A stretch of 64,000 bases of DNA from Aggregatilineales bacterium. Its GTDB lineage: Bacteria; Chloroflexota; Anaerolineae; Aggregatilineales; Phototrophicaceae. Shown in pieces: positions 43,408-54,382 of this stretch (positions are counted from its first letter, which is position 1; every line of letters starts with the position of its first letter). Where the stretch lies: contig OY760398.1 of the NCBI GenBank assembly GCA_963663435.1, forward strand, positions 848,665 to 912,664, given 5' to 3'. The notes beneath the pieces were generated by a model. That model worked only from the letters and a program-made list of their open reading frames with translations, did not search any database and was not told the origin of the DNA. The translations under genes and the position numbers were made by a program.

Positions 43408-44679
43408 ATGCCTCAGCAGACCCGAGAGAAGTCCGGCGATTCCGCAGCGCCGAGCGCGACCAGCACGCGGTTGCCTCCCGCGCCGCGCTTGGCGGATTCC
43501 AACGAAGCGCCCTTCTACAGCACGGCGCAATTTACGCGACGCCAGCAAAGGACGCTGCCGCGAGATTCGCTCGCGCATGGACGTCAGCGACGCGCCATGC
43601 GCCGACGCCGACGCAATGAATGGGCTTGGGTCATCTTAGCAGGCGGCATGATTTCTGTCTTTGGTGTACTGATTGTGGCCATGTTCGTTTTGGCGCGCGT
43701 GCCTCAGTCGGCGCAGATCGTAATGACCCCGGCCGATCTGACGCCCTTTCTGCCGACGCCCGTCGACGCCCGCAACGAATTCATCGCCGATGGCCGCCGG
43801 GTCGGGGTCGATGTCTTGAAGCTGGACGATGGCAGCTTGATAGAGATTGCGCCCTGGGACGGGCATACGCGCTACACGATAATCGTCGCCGGCCTCGACC
43901 GCCGCGAGGACCAATCCAACGAACCGGTGCGCACAGACAGCTTGATGCTGGTCAGCATTGATCCGGCTGCGAATCGCATCGGCCTGCTGAGTATCCCGCG
44001 CGATTTGTGGGTGGAGATCCCTGGGCAAGAAGAGCGCGACCGAATTAACCGCGCCTATTTCCTGGGCGAGGTGCGCGCGACCGGCGGCGGACCGCGCCTG
44101 CTGCAGCAGACGGTCAGCTGGAATCTGGGCATGCGCGTGCATAATTATGTCCTGGTCGATTTTAAGGTTCTGGTTGATTTCGTCGATCTGCTGGGCGGGA
44201 TTGAAGTGTCCATCGATTACACCATCAACGATGAGCGCTATCCCGACAAGAATTACGGCTACGATCCCTTCTATCTGGCGCCGGGCACGCATATCCTGGA
44301 CGGCGAGGACGCGCTTCGCTTCGCCCGCACGCGGCATGGCAACAACGATGTGCTGCGGGCCGGGCGACAGCAGCAGGTCATCAGTGGTATCCGCGAACGC
44401 GTATTGAGCGTCAATTTCCTGCAGCTGATCGGGCAGATACCCGCCCTGCTCACCAGCCTAAGCGAGAATCTGCAAACCGGCCTGGACATTCAGCAGATTG
44501 TGCAGCTGGCCTTCTTCGCCAGAGAAGTCGAAGCCGAGAACATCCAAATGCGCGTTATGAACTTCCAGTACGTGCAGGAATACACTACTGAGGAATATCA
44601 GCAGCAGGTCTTGATACCCATCGTGGAGCGCTTGCCTGTGCTGCTGCGGGAGACCTTTGGGGACGACTACGCGCCCTAA
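43408..44679 (+). CDS. LytR-CpsA-Psr (LCP) family cell-envelope phosphotransferase
   Basis: Basic cytoplasmic tail, one TM helix, RTDSLMLVSIDPAANRIGLLSIPRDLWVEIPG and RFARTRHG motifs. Start uncertain. Confidence 0.85.
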   Translation: MPQQTREKSGDSAAPSATSTRLPPAPRLADSNEAPFYSTAQFTRRQQRTLPRDSLAHGRQRRAMRRRRRNEWAWVILAGGMISVFGVLIVAMFVLARVPQSAQIVMTPADLTPFLPTPVDARNEFIADGRRVGVDVLKLDDGSLIEIAPWDGHTRYTIIVAGLDRREDQSNEPVRTDSLMLVSIDPAANRIGLLSIPRDLWVEIPGQEERDRINRAYFLGEVRATGGGPRLLQQTVSWNLGMRVHNYVLVDFKVLVDFVDLLGGIEVSIDYTINDERYPDKNYGYDPFYLAPGTHILDGEDALRFARTRHGNNDVLRAGRQQQVISGIRERVLSVNFLQLIGQIPALLTSLSENLQTGLDIQQIVQLAFFAREVEAENIQMRVMNFQYVQEYTTEEYQQQVLIPIVERLPVLLRETFGDDYAP

Positions 44680-44685
44680 ATGGCC

Positions 44686-44718
44686 GCAGCGCGGCAGCGA
44701 GATTAACTGCCGCGCTGC
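44686..44718 (+). terminator. perfect 12-bp hairpin downstream of the LCP gene (possible terminator, no U-tract)
   Basis: GCAGCGCGGCAG-CGAGATTAA-CTGCCGCGCTGC, 7 nt after the stop at 44679. Confidence 0.4.
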
Positions 44719-45127
44719 AGCAAATTACCCGGCGCCCTCGACTATTTCAGCCCGCGCTATGTTATGAAAACGATAGCAGCGCACGAATCTCGCGCGCTGC
44801 CCATCAAAGCTTACCCACCGTACCGTGTAGCCATAGTGTCTCGAACCTGCAGATTTACAGGCCGGGAATCGCTTGACAACCGCTGTTTTGGCTCAGGCCT
44901 ATTACATGGGCTGCCAAAGATGGACTCCCCTATAGAGAATGTTGGCTCGGCACATATAGTTCTATCACGCATACAGCAGGTGAGGCAGGTTATAGCAGAA
45001 TCGCCTTGGCCTGTCAAATCATGCCGATGACTTCAAATCGCCGCGCAAGCTTAATGCGCGCAAGCTGCCAAAGAGCATATAATGGGCATGTCGCTATATT
45101 TTGGTTGGCGTATTGAGGAGCAGGGTC

Positions 45128-45829
45128 ATGGACGAAGGTCTTCTTAGAGAAAGCATTGCCGAGCTGATCGGCACGTTTGTATTGGTATTTGTGGGGTCGG
45201 CAGCGGTGTTAGTGGCGCCGGTCTTTGGCGTGGTGGTTCCTGCCTTGGCGCACGGTCTGGTTTTGTGCGCCCTGATCTATACCTATGGTCATATCTCGGG
45301 AGCGCAAGTCAATCCGGCGGTTACGGTAGGTTTGACCATCAGCGGCAAGCAGGACACGAAGCGGTCGGCCTATTACATCGTGGCGCAGTTCATCGGCGGC
45401 ATCATCGCGGCCTTGGTATTGGCAGCGGTCTTCCCACAGGACAATGCCGGCGTGGCGGCCTTTCTGGGCGAAAATGCCTACAACTTCGGCCAGACCACCG
45501 GCTTCCTGACCGCGGACTCGGTTTGGACGGCTGCGGTATATGAGGCCATTCTGACCTTCTTCCTGGTCAGCGCGGTTATTCAAGCGGCGGGATTTGGGCG
45601 CGCGGGCCAGTTTGCCGGCATCGCCATCGGCTTCACGCTCGCGGCCAGCATCCTAGCGGGCGGTCCGGCGACGGGGGCTTCGCTCAATCCGGCGCGTACT
45701 TTGGGGCCCGCGCTGGTCGCCGGTGACACATCCTACTTGATTCCTTACCTGGTCGGCATCTTCGGCGGCGGCATCGTCGCCGGTTTGGTGCAGGGCAATA
45801 TTCTCAACTCGGACGAAGCGGAAAAGTAA
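45128..45829 (+). CDS. aqpZ: MIP-family channel (aquaporin/glycerol facilitator-like)
   Basis: GAGGAG SD 7 nt before ATG 45128. Two NPA boxes (SGAQVNPAVT, GASLNPARTLGPA). Six TM helices. Confidence 0.9.
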   Translation: MDEGLLRESIAELIGTFVLVFVGSAAVLVAPVFGVVVPALAHGLVLCALIYTYGHISGAQVNPAVTVGLTISGKQDTKRSAYYIVAQFIGGIIAALVLAAVFPQDNAGVAAFLGENAYNFGQTTGFLTADSVWTAAVYEAILTFFLVSAVIQAAGFGRAGQFAGIAIGFTLAASILAGGPATGASLNPARTLGPALVAGDTSYLIPYLVGIFGGGIVAGLVQGNILNSDEAEK

Positions 45830-45907
45830 AGGGACGAGTCGGCTCCCGACCCGTCCCTCGCAGTCTCAGTAGGAGCAAGTAAGTCATGCGACATTCGTGC
45901 CGGTCTA

Positions 45908-45969
45908 CCCCACCCCCGGCCCCTCTCGCCATCTCTATGGCGAGCGTCCGAATCATCGGTGAGGGGGAG
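45908..45969 (+). repeat. family-B 65-nt hairpin element, copy B1
   Basis: CCCCACCCCCGGCCCCTCTCGCCAT-CTCT-ATGGCGAGCGTCCGAATCATCGGTGAGGGGGAG, 79 nt after the aqpZ stop. Confidence 0.8.
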
Positions 45970-45991
45970 CAGCACAGGTACGTCAAAACTT

Positions 45992-46011
45992 CCCCCCGAT
46001 GATTCGGGGGG
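45992..46011. terminator. 8-bp GC hairpin between convergent aqpZ and aspS (possible bidirectional terminator)
   Basis: CCCCCCGA-TGAT-TCGGGGGG. On the minus strand it is followed by AAGTTTT. Confidence 0.4.
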
Positions 46012-46073
46012 ACTGAGGGGGTAGAATTTATGGCAGACTGTTTAATTCCTTGCTCGCATTTACTTCTGCTGGG

Positions 46074-47882
46074 CTAAGGCGCCTCTTCCGGCTCGGGCAG
46101 GTCCAGTTGAATATGCAATTCGCTCAGCTGCTCGGTTTCGGCCGTTGAGGGCGCGTTGGCCATGATGTCCGTGCCGCCTTGCGTTTTGGGGAAGGCGATC
46201 ACCTCGCGGATATTTGGCGCGCCGGCGAGCAGCATTACCAGACGGTCAATGCCCCAGGCCATGCCGCCGTGGGGTGGCGCGCCATACTCAAAGGCTTCCA
46301 GCATGTGTCCGAATTCAGCCATGGCGTGCTCCATGCTCTGGCCGATCAGCGGGAAAATCTTCTCCTGGATCTCACGGTCGTGGATGCGGATGCTGCCGCC
46401 GCCGACTTCGTAGCCATTGCAGACCAGGTCGTACTGCGAACCGCGGGCCGCGCCGGGATCGCTATCCAGCAGATGCAAGTCTTCCGGCAGCGGCATGGTG
46501 AACATATGCTGCGACGGGTCCCAGCGGTCGTTCTCTTCGTCGCGGATGAATTCGGGAAAATCGATCACCCAGCAGAAGGCCAGCAAGTCGTCGTCCAGGT
46601 CCATTTCGGCTTTGAAGTGATTGCGCAGCGCATCGGTTACGGCATAGACGATCTCGTCCGCGTCGGACATGAACAGCAGCAAGTCGCCGCCTTCCGCGCC
46701 CATCGCCTCGATCAGCTCCAGCTTGAGCTCGACATTGAAGAATTTGCCGATGGGGCCGCGCAGTTGGCCTTCGAGGTCGGCCGGAATGGTGATATAGGCC
46801 AAGCCTTTTGCGCCCGCGCGCCGGGCCATATTCTCGAGGTCCCGCGCCACCTTGCGCAGCTGCGTTCCGCTGAGCGCGCCGGCGACGCCGGGCACGCGCA
46901 TGCATTTGACTTTCTTGCTCGCCTTGACGTTGTCAACGAAGACCGGGAAGGCGCTGCGCCCGGCGATGCAGCTGATGTCAATCGCCCGCAAGTCGAAGCG
47001 GATATCGGGCCGGTCTGTGCCGTATGATTCCAGCGCGTCTTGATAGCGAATGCGCTGGAAGGGCTCGGCGATTAGACGCTTCTGCGGCGTGAGCTCCTTG
47101 ACGATTGCTATCGCCAGCGCTTCCATGAGCCGCATCACATCTTCGCGCTCGACGAAGCTCATCTCAAGGTCAAGCTGGGTGAATTCGGGTTGGCGGTCGC
47201 CGCGCAAGTCTTCATCGCGGAAGCAGCGCGCAATCTGAAAATAGCGCTCGAAGCCGCCGACCATCAGCAGCTGCTTTAATTGCTGCGGGGATTGCGGCAG
47301 CGCGTAAAACATGCCCGGCTGCAGGCGGCTTGGCACCAGGAAATCACGCGCGCCTTCCGGCGTCGTCTTGAATAGTATCGGCGTCTCGATTTCGACGAAG
47401 TCTTCAGCATCGAGAAAATCGCGGATGAATTTGACGGTCTTGTGCCGCAGCAAGATATTCTCTTGCATCGGTTCACGGCGCAAGTCGAGATAGCGATGGC
47501 GCATGCGCAGCGCTTCGTCGAGCTGGCCCTCTTCCCGATTGATGTAGAAGGGCGGCGTGCGCGAGCGATTCAAGATGACGATGTCGTCTGCGACAATGTC
47601 GATGTCCCCGGTTGCCAAGTCGGGATTGGCCGTGCCTTCCGGACGAATCCGCACCTTGCCGCGCACTTGCAGCACAAATTCGTTGCGGGCGCTGTCAGCG
47701 ATAGCATGCGCAGTTGGCGCCGCTTCCAGATCAACCACTACCTGTGTGATGCCCCAGCGGTCGCGCAAGTCGATGAATATCAAGCCGCCTTGATCGCGCC
47801 GGCGGTTCACCCAGCCTGCCAGCGTTACCGGTATGCCGGCGTCTTTTTCACGAAGCTCGCCACAGGTATGTGTCTTCATCAT
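46074..47882 (-). CDS. aspS: aspartate--tRNA ligase
   Basis: ATG 47882 ([11 protein letters not shown]) preceded by [21 protein letters not shown] fold, class II motifs ([35 protein letters not shown]). The ORF-track start 48044 runs into repeat A5. Confidence 0.95.
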   Translation of the reverse strand: MMKTHTCGELREKDAGIPVTLAGWVNRRRDQGGLIFIDLRDRWGITQVVVDLEAAPTAHAIADSARNEFVLQVRGKVRIRPEGTANPDLATGDIDIVADDIVILNRSRTPPFYINREEGQLDEALRMRHRYLDLRREPMQENILLRHKTVKFIRDFLDAEDFVEIETPILFKTTPEGARDFLVPSRLQPGMFYALPQSPQQLKQLLMVGGFERYFQIARCFRDEDLRGDRQPEFTQLDLEMSFVEREDVMRLMEALAIAIVKELTPQKRLIAEPFQRIRYQDALESYGTDRPDIRFDLRAIDISCIAGRSAFPVFVDNVKASKKVKCMRVPGVAGALSGTQLRKVARDLENMARRAGAKGLAYITIPADLEGQLRGPIGKFFNVELKLELIEAMGAEGGDLLLFMSDADEIVYAVTDALRNHFKAEMDLDDDLLAFCWVIDFPEFIRDEENDRWDPSQHMFTMPLPEDLHLLDSDPGAARGSQYDLVCNGYEVGGGSIRIHDREIQEKIFPLIGQSMEHAMAEFGHMLEAFEYGAPPHGGMAWGIDRLVMLLAGAPNIREVIAFPKTQGGTDIMANAPSTAETEQLSELHIQLDLPEPEEAP

Positions 47883-48048
47883 ATTGCTGCCGCTCCTATC
47901 AGGCCTGGTGTTGATTGCGTTAATTCGGGCTGGTTCAGCCGCATAGCTTATCACGAGCGAGGGGGCAAATGTATGGTCATTCGGGAGCGGGCAGTTGCAT
48001 AAAGTTGATTTAACTACAGAAGCAAGTGCAAGCAAATCATGCAAATAC

Positions 48049-48217
48049 TTACCACAGAGGACACAGAGGATACACAGAGGGCACTGAGTAAAGCAGTTAA
48101 GTGATCGTATGCCAGCGACAGTTCACATTTGTTAGATGGCTGCTTTCTTGCGGCAGTATCGCAATAATATAGAACCCTCTGTTTCCTCTGTGTGCCCTCG
48201 TGAGCCTCTGTGGTAAA
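48049..48217. repeat. family-A MITE-like element, copy A5 (plus a solitary arm at 48260-48286)
   Basis: Left arm CTTACCACAGAGGACACAGAGGATACACAGAGGGCAC. The reverse complement of the right end is CTTTACCACAGAGGCTCACGAGGGCACACAGAGG. An extra arm, CTGCAGAGAACGCAGAGGGCGCAGTGC, lies 43 nt further on. Confidence 0.75.
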
Positions 48218-48407
48218 GGAAATCGTCCGTGAGACAGGACTTGCATTACTTACCTGGTTCTGCAGAGAACGCAGAGGGCGCAGTGCATTACTGTCTGCCT
48301 GGTGAAGCATTCATATCCGCTGAGTTAACCACAATTCTTATGCGATTGACGCGGGGACGACGCCGGTGCACTTTACAGCGCCGCTGAATCTGACTACACT
48401 TCCCGCT

Positions 48408-48623
48408 ATGAGCGAACCTGAAGAGGGTCTCACCAAGCGCCAGCTCGGCATTGTGCTGGCGATACTGGGCGCGGTTGGCTTCCTGGCGATCCTGTCGATT
48501 GATGTTCTTGATGTCGGGCGGCAAGGCGGCATCGGACCGGCCCAATCGCTGGCGCTGCTGCTGATGGCGGCCTTGACGCTGATCGGCTTGTCACTGATTC
48601 CGCTGGGCGACGCGCCGGCATGA
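48408..48623 (+). CDS. small two-TM membrane protein coupled to the downstream GT-C gene
   Basis: ATG 48408 (MSEPEEGLTKRQLGIVLAILGAVGFLAIL). Stop overlaps the next start (ATGA at 48620). Confidence 0.5.
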   Translation: MSEPEEGLTKRQLGIVLAILGAVGFLAILSIDVLDVGRQGGIGPAQSLALLLMAALTLIGLSLIPLGDAPA

Positions 48624-50203
48624 CTCAATTGACGAGCCGCCTGTATGACGCGCTGGTGTTGGCAGCCGTCGGCGCGCTGTCTTTCTCGCTGCTGGTATAC
48701 CTGTTGTACGCCATCAACCTGCTTGGCTTCCCTTACGACTATGACCAGGGCGAGGGCTTTGAAGTACACGACACCCTGCTGTTCAGCCGGCTGCAACTGC
48801 CCTACCGCGATACCGAAACTTACCCCTTCTACGCCAGCAATTATCCGCCGCTGTTTCATGTCATATTGGCGCCCTTCGCCCGCCTGTTCGGCCCGGCTTA
48901 TTGGTACGGTCGGCTGCTGGGATTCCTGGCATCGTTGGTGGCCGCCGCCGCCATCGCCACGGCCGTCTACCGTGAAGGCGGCCGGAACCGGCATATTGCG
49001 TTGCTGTCCGGGTTAGCCTTTCTCAGCTCCAACTTTGTCTATCACATTGGCCCCCTATTCCGGCAGCACATGATGATGGTTATGTTTGAAGTGCTGGCGG
49101 TTGTTTTGCTGAGCGCATCATTTCCCAAGCGAGACAGACGCGGCATTGCCCTTGCGCTGCTGCTGCTGATCTGCGCCGGCTATACCAAGCAGCTGGCGGC
49201 AATCAGCGCGCTCGCCGCTATCGCCTGGATGGTCCTGCGCGGACCGGCGCGCGCCCTGCGCTGGACGCTAGGCTTCGGCTTGGCCGGCGGCGGGATCTTC
49301 GCCGCGCTAAACTTGGCTTCGGACGGCCAATGGTGGATCCAGGCCATCGTCGCCAACGTCAATGATTTCGACCGCTTACAAGCCCTCGGGCTGTTCATCT
49401 TGTGGTTCAAGTTGCACGGCTTTCTGCTGGCGCCGGCCTGTTTGCTGCTGATTTACGAGACTTATTTCGACCGTCTATCGATTTACAGTTTGTGGTTCGT
49501 GGCGACAGCGCTGCTGGGCGGCATCGCATCCGGAACTTGGGGCGCGGGCGATAGTTATTTCGTCACGTCTGTCGCCGCCCTGTGCATCCTCAGCGGACTC
49601 TTCTTTTCGCGGATCTGCGGCGGCACCCTGAATCTGCCGCGCCACTTAAAATTCCTGCGCCGATCAGCGTTCTGCGCCGCCGGCATTGTGCTGATTCCGC
49701 TGCTCTACTTGGGTTACGCGCGCGCCACGCTAAAGCTGCCGACGGATGGTGGCTTTGCCGGGATTGCAAGTGTGCTTGGCGTGGAGAGCAATATACGGGA
49801 AAACTTCTACGATTCGGCGACCTTTCTGGTGGGCGGCTACGCCCGGATCGGCTACTTCTTAGCCGAGGAAGATCGTGCGGCTGGCGACCGGATCGTCGAA
49901 TTGATCAATGACACTGAAGGTCCCATGTTGAGCGAGGAAGCCGGTTTCACCATTGCGGCCGGGCGTGATGTGGTGACCAATCCAACTCAACTGCGAAACC
50001 TGGACCTGGCCGGGCGTTTTGCCGGGGAGCAGCTAGTCGCTATGATCGAAGGGCAAGAATTTGGCTTGGTCATTCTGCGGGCGCTATTCTATCCGCCGGC
50101 TGTCCTGGAGGCGATTGACCGCTACTATCTGCATCGCGAGACGATACACATGAACGGATTCGACTACCTGATCCTGTACCCGCGGGACGAGGGCGAGAAC
50201 TGA
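48620..50203 (+). CDS. polytopic membrane glycosyltransferase, GT-C fold (ArnT/PMT-like), putative
   Basis: 527 aa, >10 hydrophobic helices. Acidic first-loop motif YDYDQGEG. Soluble C-terminal domain. Family assignment by architecture only. Confidence 0.55.
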   Translation: MTQLTSRLYDALVLAAVGALSFSLLVYLLYAINLLGFPYDYDQGEGFEVHDTLLFSRLQLPYRDTETYPFYASNYPPLFHVILAPFARLFGPAYWYGRLLGFLASLVAAAAIATAVYREGGRNRHIALLSGLAFLSSNFVYHIGPLFRQHMMMVMFEVLAVVLLSASFPKRDRRGIALALLLLICAGYTKQLAAISALAAIAWMVLRGPARALRWTLGFGLAGGGIFAALNLASDGQWWIQAIVANVNDFDRLQALGLFILWFKLHGFLLAPACLLLIYETYFDRLSIYSLWFVATALLGGIASGTWGAGDSYFVTSVAALCILSGLFFSRICGGTLNLPRHLKFLRRSAFCAAGIVLIPLLYLGYARATLKLPTDGGFAGIASVLGVESNIRENFYDSATFLVGGYARIGYFLAEEDRAAGDRIVELINDTEGPMLSEEAGFTIAAGRDVVTNPTQLRNLDLAGRFAGEQLVAMIEGQEFGLVILRALFYPPAVLEAIDRYYLHRETIHMNGFDYLILYPRDEGEN

Positions 50204-50214
50204 GGGAGCGCGCC

Positions 50215-51249
50215 GTGGCCACAGCCTACGCAACACACAGCAGCTTCACCGAGCACGATTTCCCGCGCCACCCGGAGCACGCGGGTCGCATCATAGCGGT
50301 GTGGGAGCAACTTAGCCGGCAGCGTTTGCTGGACCAAGTCGAGCAGCTTGCGCCGGCGCCCGCGAGCGAGCAGCAGATTCTCGCCGCGCACAGCCGCGCT
50401 CAGCTGGATCGTCTGGTCGCCGTTTCGCGGGGTGATCGGATTACGCGGCTTGACCACGACACTTACGCGCTGCCTGTTTCGCTGGAAGTGGCTCGGCTGG
50501 CAGCCGGCGCGGTCGTCGGCGCAGTCGATAGCGTGCTGGACGGCACTGCCGACAACGCGCTTGCGGTCGTCAGGCCGCCCGGGCATCATGCGACGGTCGA
50601 GCAGCAGATGGGATTCTGCCTGCTCAACAATATCGCCATCGCCGCCCGACATGCGCAGTCGCGGCATAATTGCGGCAAAGTCCTCATCATCGATTACGAT
50701 GTCCACCACGGCAATGGGACGCAGGACATTTTCTACGCCGATCCCTCCGTCATGTTCATGTCCATCCACCAGAGCCCCTTCTATCCCGGCACTGGCGCGC
50801 TACGCGAGACGGGTACTGCCGCGGGCAAGGGCGCTACGCTGAATGTCCCCATCACCGGCGGGCAGGGCGACGCCAGCTATGAGCGAATCTTTGCCGAAGT
50901 AGTCTGGCCGGCTGCCGAGCGTTTCTCGCCTGATCTCTTACTGGTATCGGCCGGGTTCGACGCGCACTGGGTTGATCCGCTGGCCAACATGCAGCTGAGC
51001 CTGGCGGGCTACGATCATCTGGCGCGCGAGTGCCTGCGAATGGCGGAGCGGCTCTGCGGCGGGAAAGTCGTCTTCGTGATGGAAGGCGGCTACGACCTGG
51101 ATGCTTTGGCGCATGGCTGGTGCAATATAACACGCGCGCTTTTGGGCAGCGACGAAATCAGCGATCCCTACGGGCAAGCGCCCGCGGCAGCGTCAAGCGG
51201 GGATATCGGCCGCGTGATCGCCGAGGTGAAGCGCATCCACGGGCTCTAA
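50215..51249 (+). CDS. histone deacetylase-family (class II/AcuC-like) deacetylase
   Basis: RPPGHHA, IIDYDVHHGNGTQDIF, PFYPGTG, SAGFDAH. Confidence 0.9.
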   Translation: MATAYATHSSFTEHDFPRHPEHAGRIIAVWEQLSRQRLLDQVEQLAPAPASEQQILAAHSRAQLDRLVAVSRGDRITRLDHDTYALPVSLEVARLAAGAVVGAVDSVLDGTADNALAVVRPPGHHATVEQQMGFCLLNNIAIAARHAQSRHNCGKVLIIDYDVHHGNGTQDIFYADPSVMFMSIHQSPFYPGTGALRETGTAAGKGATLNVPITGGQGDASYERIFAEVVWPAAERFSPDLLLVSAGFDAHWVDPLANMQLSLAGYDHLARECLRMAERLCGGKVVFVMEGGYDLDALAHGWCNITRALLGSDEISDPYGQAPAAASSGDIGRVIAEVKRIHGL

Positions 51250-51266
51250 GGCTTGTCCGGTACTGT
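51247..51266 (+). repeat. family-C 20-nt motif, consensus copy abutting the deacetylase stop
   Basis: TAAGGCTTGTCCGGTACTGT. The TAA is the stop codon of the 50215..51249 gene. Confidence 0.7.
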
Positions 51267-51289
51267 GTCATTCTGATGCGCTTTTTCTA

Positions 51290-51355
51290 CCCCATCCCCC
51301 GGCCCGCTCTCGCCATCTCTATGGCGAGCATCCCGAAGTATCAGGGAAGGGGAGC
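51290..51355 (+). repeat. family-B hairpin element, copy B2
   Basis: CCCCATCCCCCGGCCCGCTCTCGCCAT-CTCT-ATGGCGAGCATCCCGAAGTATCAGGGAAGGGGAGC, 41 nt after the stop at 51249. Confidence 0.8.
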
Positions 51356-51474
51356 GCTTCATAGCGAATTCCATAATGATCAATTGGCTTGCGCTAGAAT
51401 CGACCACGCTATGGTCTCATTTTGGCACGATTCCGGCTGTCATTGTGTAAGTTTTGCCTTATCGAACGAGTCTG

Positions 51475-53496
<2,022 letters not shown>

Positions 53497-53678
53497 GGCT
53501 CGGCCTCTGCTCTGCGAACAGGTGTTCGTTGCATAGCTGATTATAACGTTCCGGCTGCGACTCATGCAAGGACTAGTTGCCTTAGGAGGGTGAATTCGCG
53601 CGGAAGCAAGCTCCCCATTGACAAGCCTCTGCGCGACTGTTAAGCTAACAATTGGCAACGTTCAGTGTTGCCTGATGA

Positions 53679-53750
<72 letters not shown>

Positions 53751-53754
53751 TTGA

Positions 53755-53828
53755 GCTGATGTAGCTCAGCTGGTTAGAGCGCGCGACTCATAATCGCGAG
53801 GTCGGAAGTTCAAATCTTCCCATCAGCA
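53755..53828 (+). tRNA. tRNA with CAU anticodon (elongator Met or lysidine-dependent Ile2)
   Basis: Clean cloverleaf: acceptor GCTGATG/CATCAGC, D stem GCTC/GAGC, anticodon stem CGCGA/TCGCG with loop CTCATAA, T arm GGAAG-TTCAAAT-CTTCC. No encoded CCA. Confidence 0.85.
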
Positions 53829-53837
53829 CTGAATGGG

Positions 53838-53859
53838 AGACCCGCAACGGGTCTTTTTT
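53838..53859 (+). terminator. rho-independent terminator after the tRNA pair
   Basis: AGACCCG-CAA-CGGGTCT followed by TTTTT. Confidence 0.7.
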
Positions 53860-53883
53860 GGTTGGTATGGTATTGAGTTGAAT

Positions 53884-53911
53884 ATTCAAAACAGATGTGC
53901 TAGGCTATAGT
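53884..53911 (+). promoter_or_regulatory. possible promoter of the islet operon overlapping a 12-bp palindrome
   Basis: -10 TATAGT (53906-53911). Weak -35 candidates ATTCAA/TTCAAA 15-16 nt upstream lie inside the palindrome TTGAATATTCAA (53878-53889). Confidence 0.3.
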
Positions 53912-53952
53912 TAATGTCCTGCGGTCGCCAGGTCATGTGGGGAGGGGACAAC

Positions 53953-54378
53953 ATGAAGCGGACCGATTTGCTTTTGAAGATCATCGTTGCTGCCAACGGG
54001 GAGCCAGTTACTCCAGCTCAACTGCAAAAGGTGGCATTCCGTTTGGGAATTGAATGTAGCAAGTACATGCCTGATGACTACTATCAATTTCGGAAGTATG
54101 ACTACGGTCCCTTTTCCGCGGATATATACCGCGACGCAGAAGAACTTGAGCGCGAAGGCAAAATCAGAATTTCCATTAATCCAAGAGGCGGCTGGAGAGA
54201 ATACGCGTCGACAGTCCGCGGCTACATGACAGCGATTGAGGATATGCCCGAAGAAGTGTCGACGTTCATCGCGGACAAAGTTTGTTGGGCACGGGGTCTA
54301 TCGTTTCAGCAACTGGTTCGCGAAGTTTACCAGATGTACCCAGCTTACCGTGAAAACAGCGTGTTTCAGGATTGGTAG
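53953..54378 (+). CDS. small winged-helix protein resembling the SocA/Panacea (DUF4065)-YwgA type
   Basis: ATG 53953 with GGAGGGG SD. 141 aa. Pattern LQKVAF..(25 aa)..FRKYDYGPFSADIYRDAEELEREGKI recalled from Panacea/YwgA-like proteins. AT-richer than flanking genes. Confidence 0.55.
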   Translation: MKRTDLLLKIIVAANGEPVTPAQLQKVAFRLGIECSKYMPDDYYQFRKYDYGPFSADIYRDAEELEREGKIRISINPRGGWREYASTVRGYMTAIEDMPEEVSTFIADKVCWARGLSFQQLVREVYQMYPAYRENSVFQDW

Positions 54379-54382
54379 CGCA

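Noticed and set aside
44764-45030. 88-aa ORF in the long gap upstream of aqpZ
   Set aside because: No SD, atypical composition and no recognisable motif. Kept only as part of the note on the unusually long non-coding region.
45745-45975. Minus-strand ORFs containing DARHRDGERG (also 62530..62796 and 62688..62870)
   Set aside because: The shared peptide derives from the family-B repeat read in one frame. The flanking sequence is unrelated, and there are no start-site signals.
54236-54382. ATG 54236 as the start of the proteasome-like gene (ORF-track coordinates)
   Set aside because: It would overlap the upstream gene by 143 nt in another frame. It would add a Cys/Arg-rich 49-aa extension with no protein-like character, ending in Val-Thr rather than the usual Gly-Thr processing site. 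GTG 54383, immediately before the nucleophile Thr, is more parsimonious.
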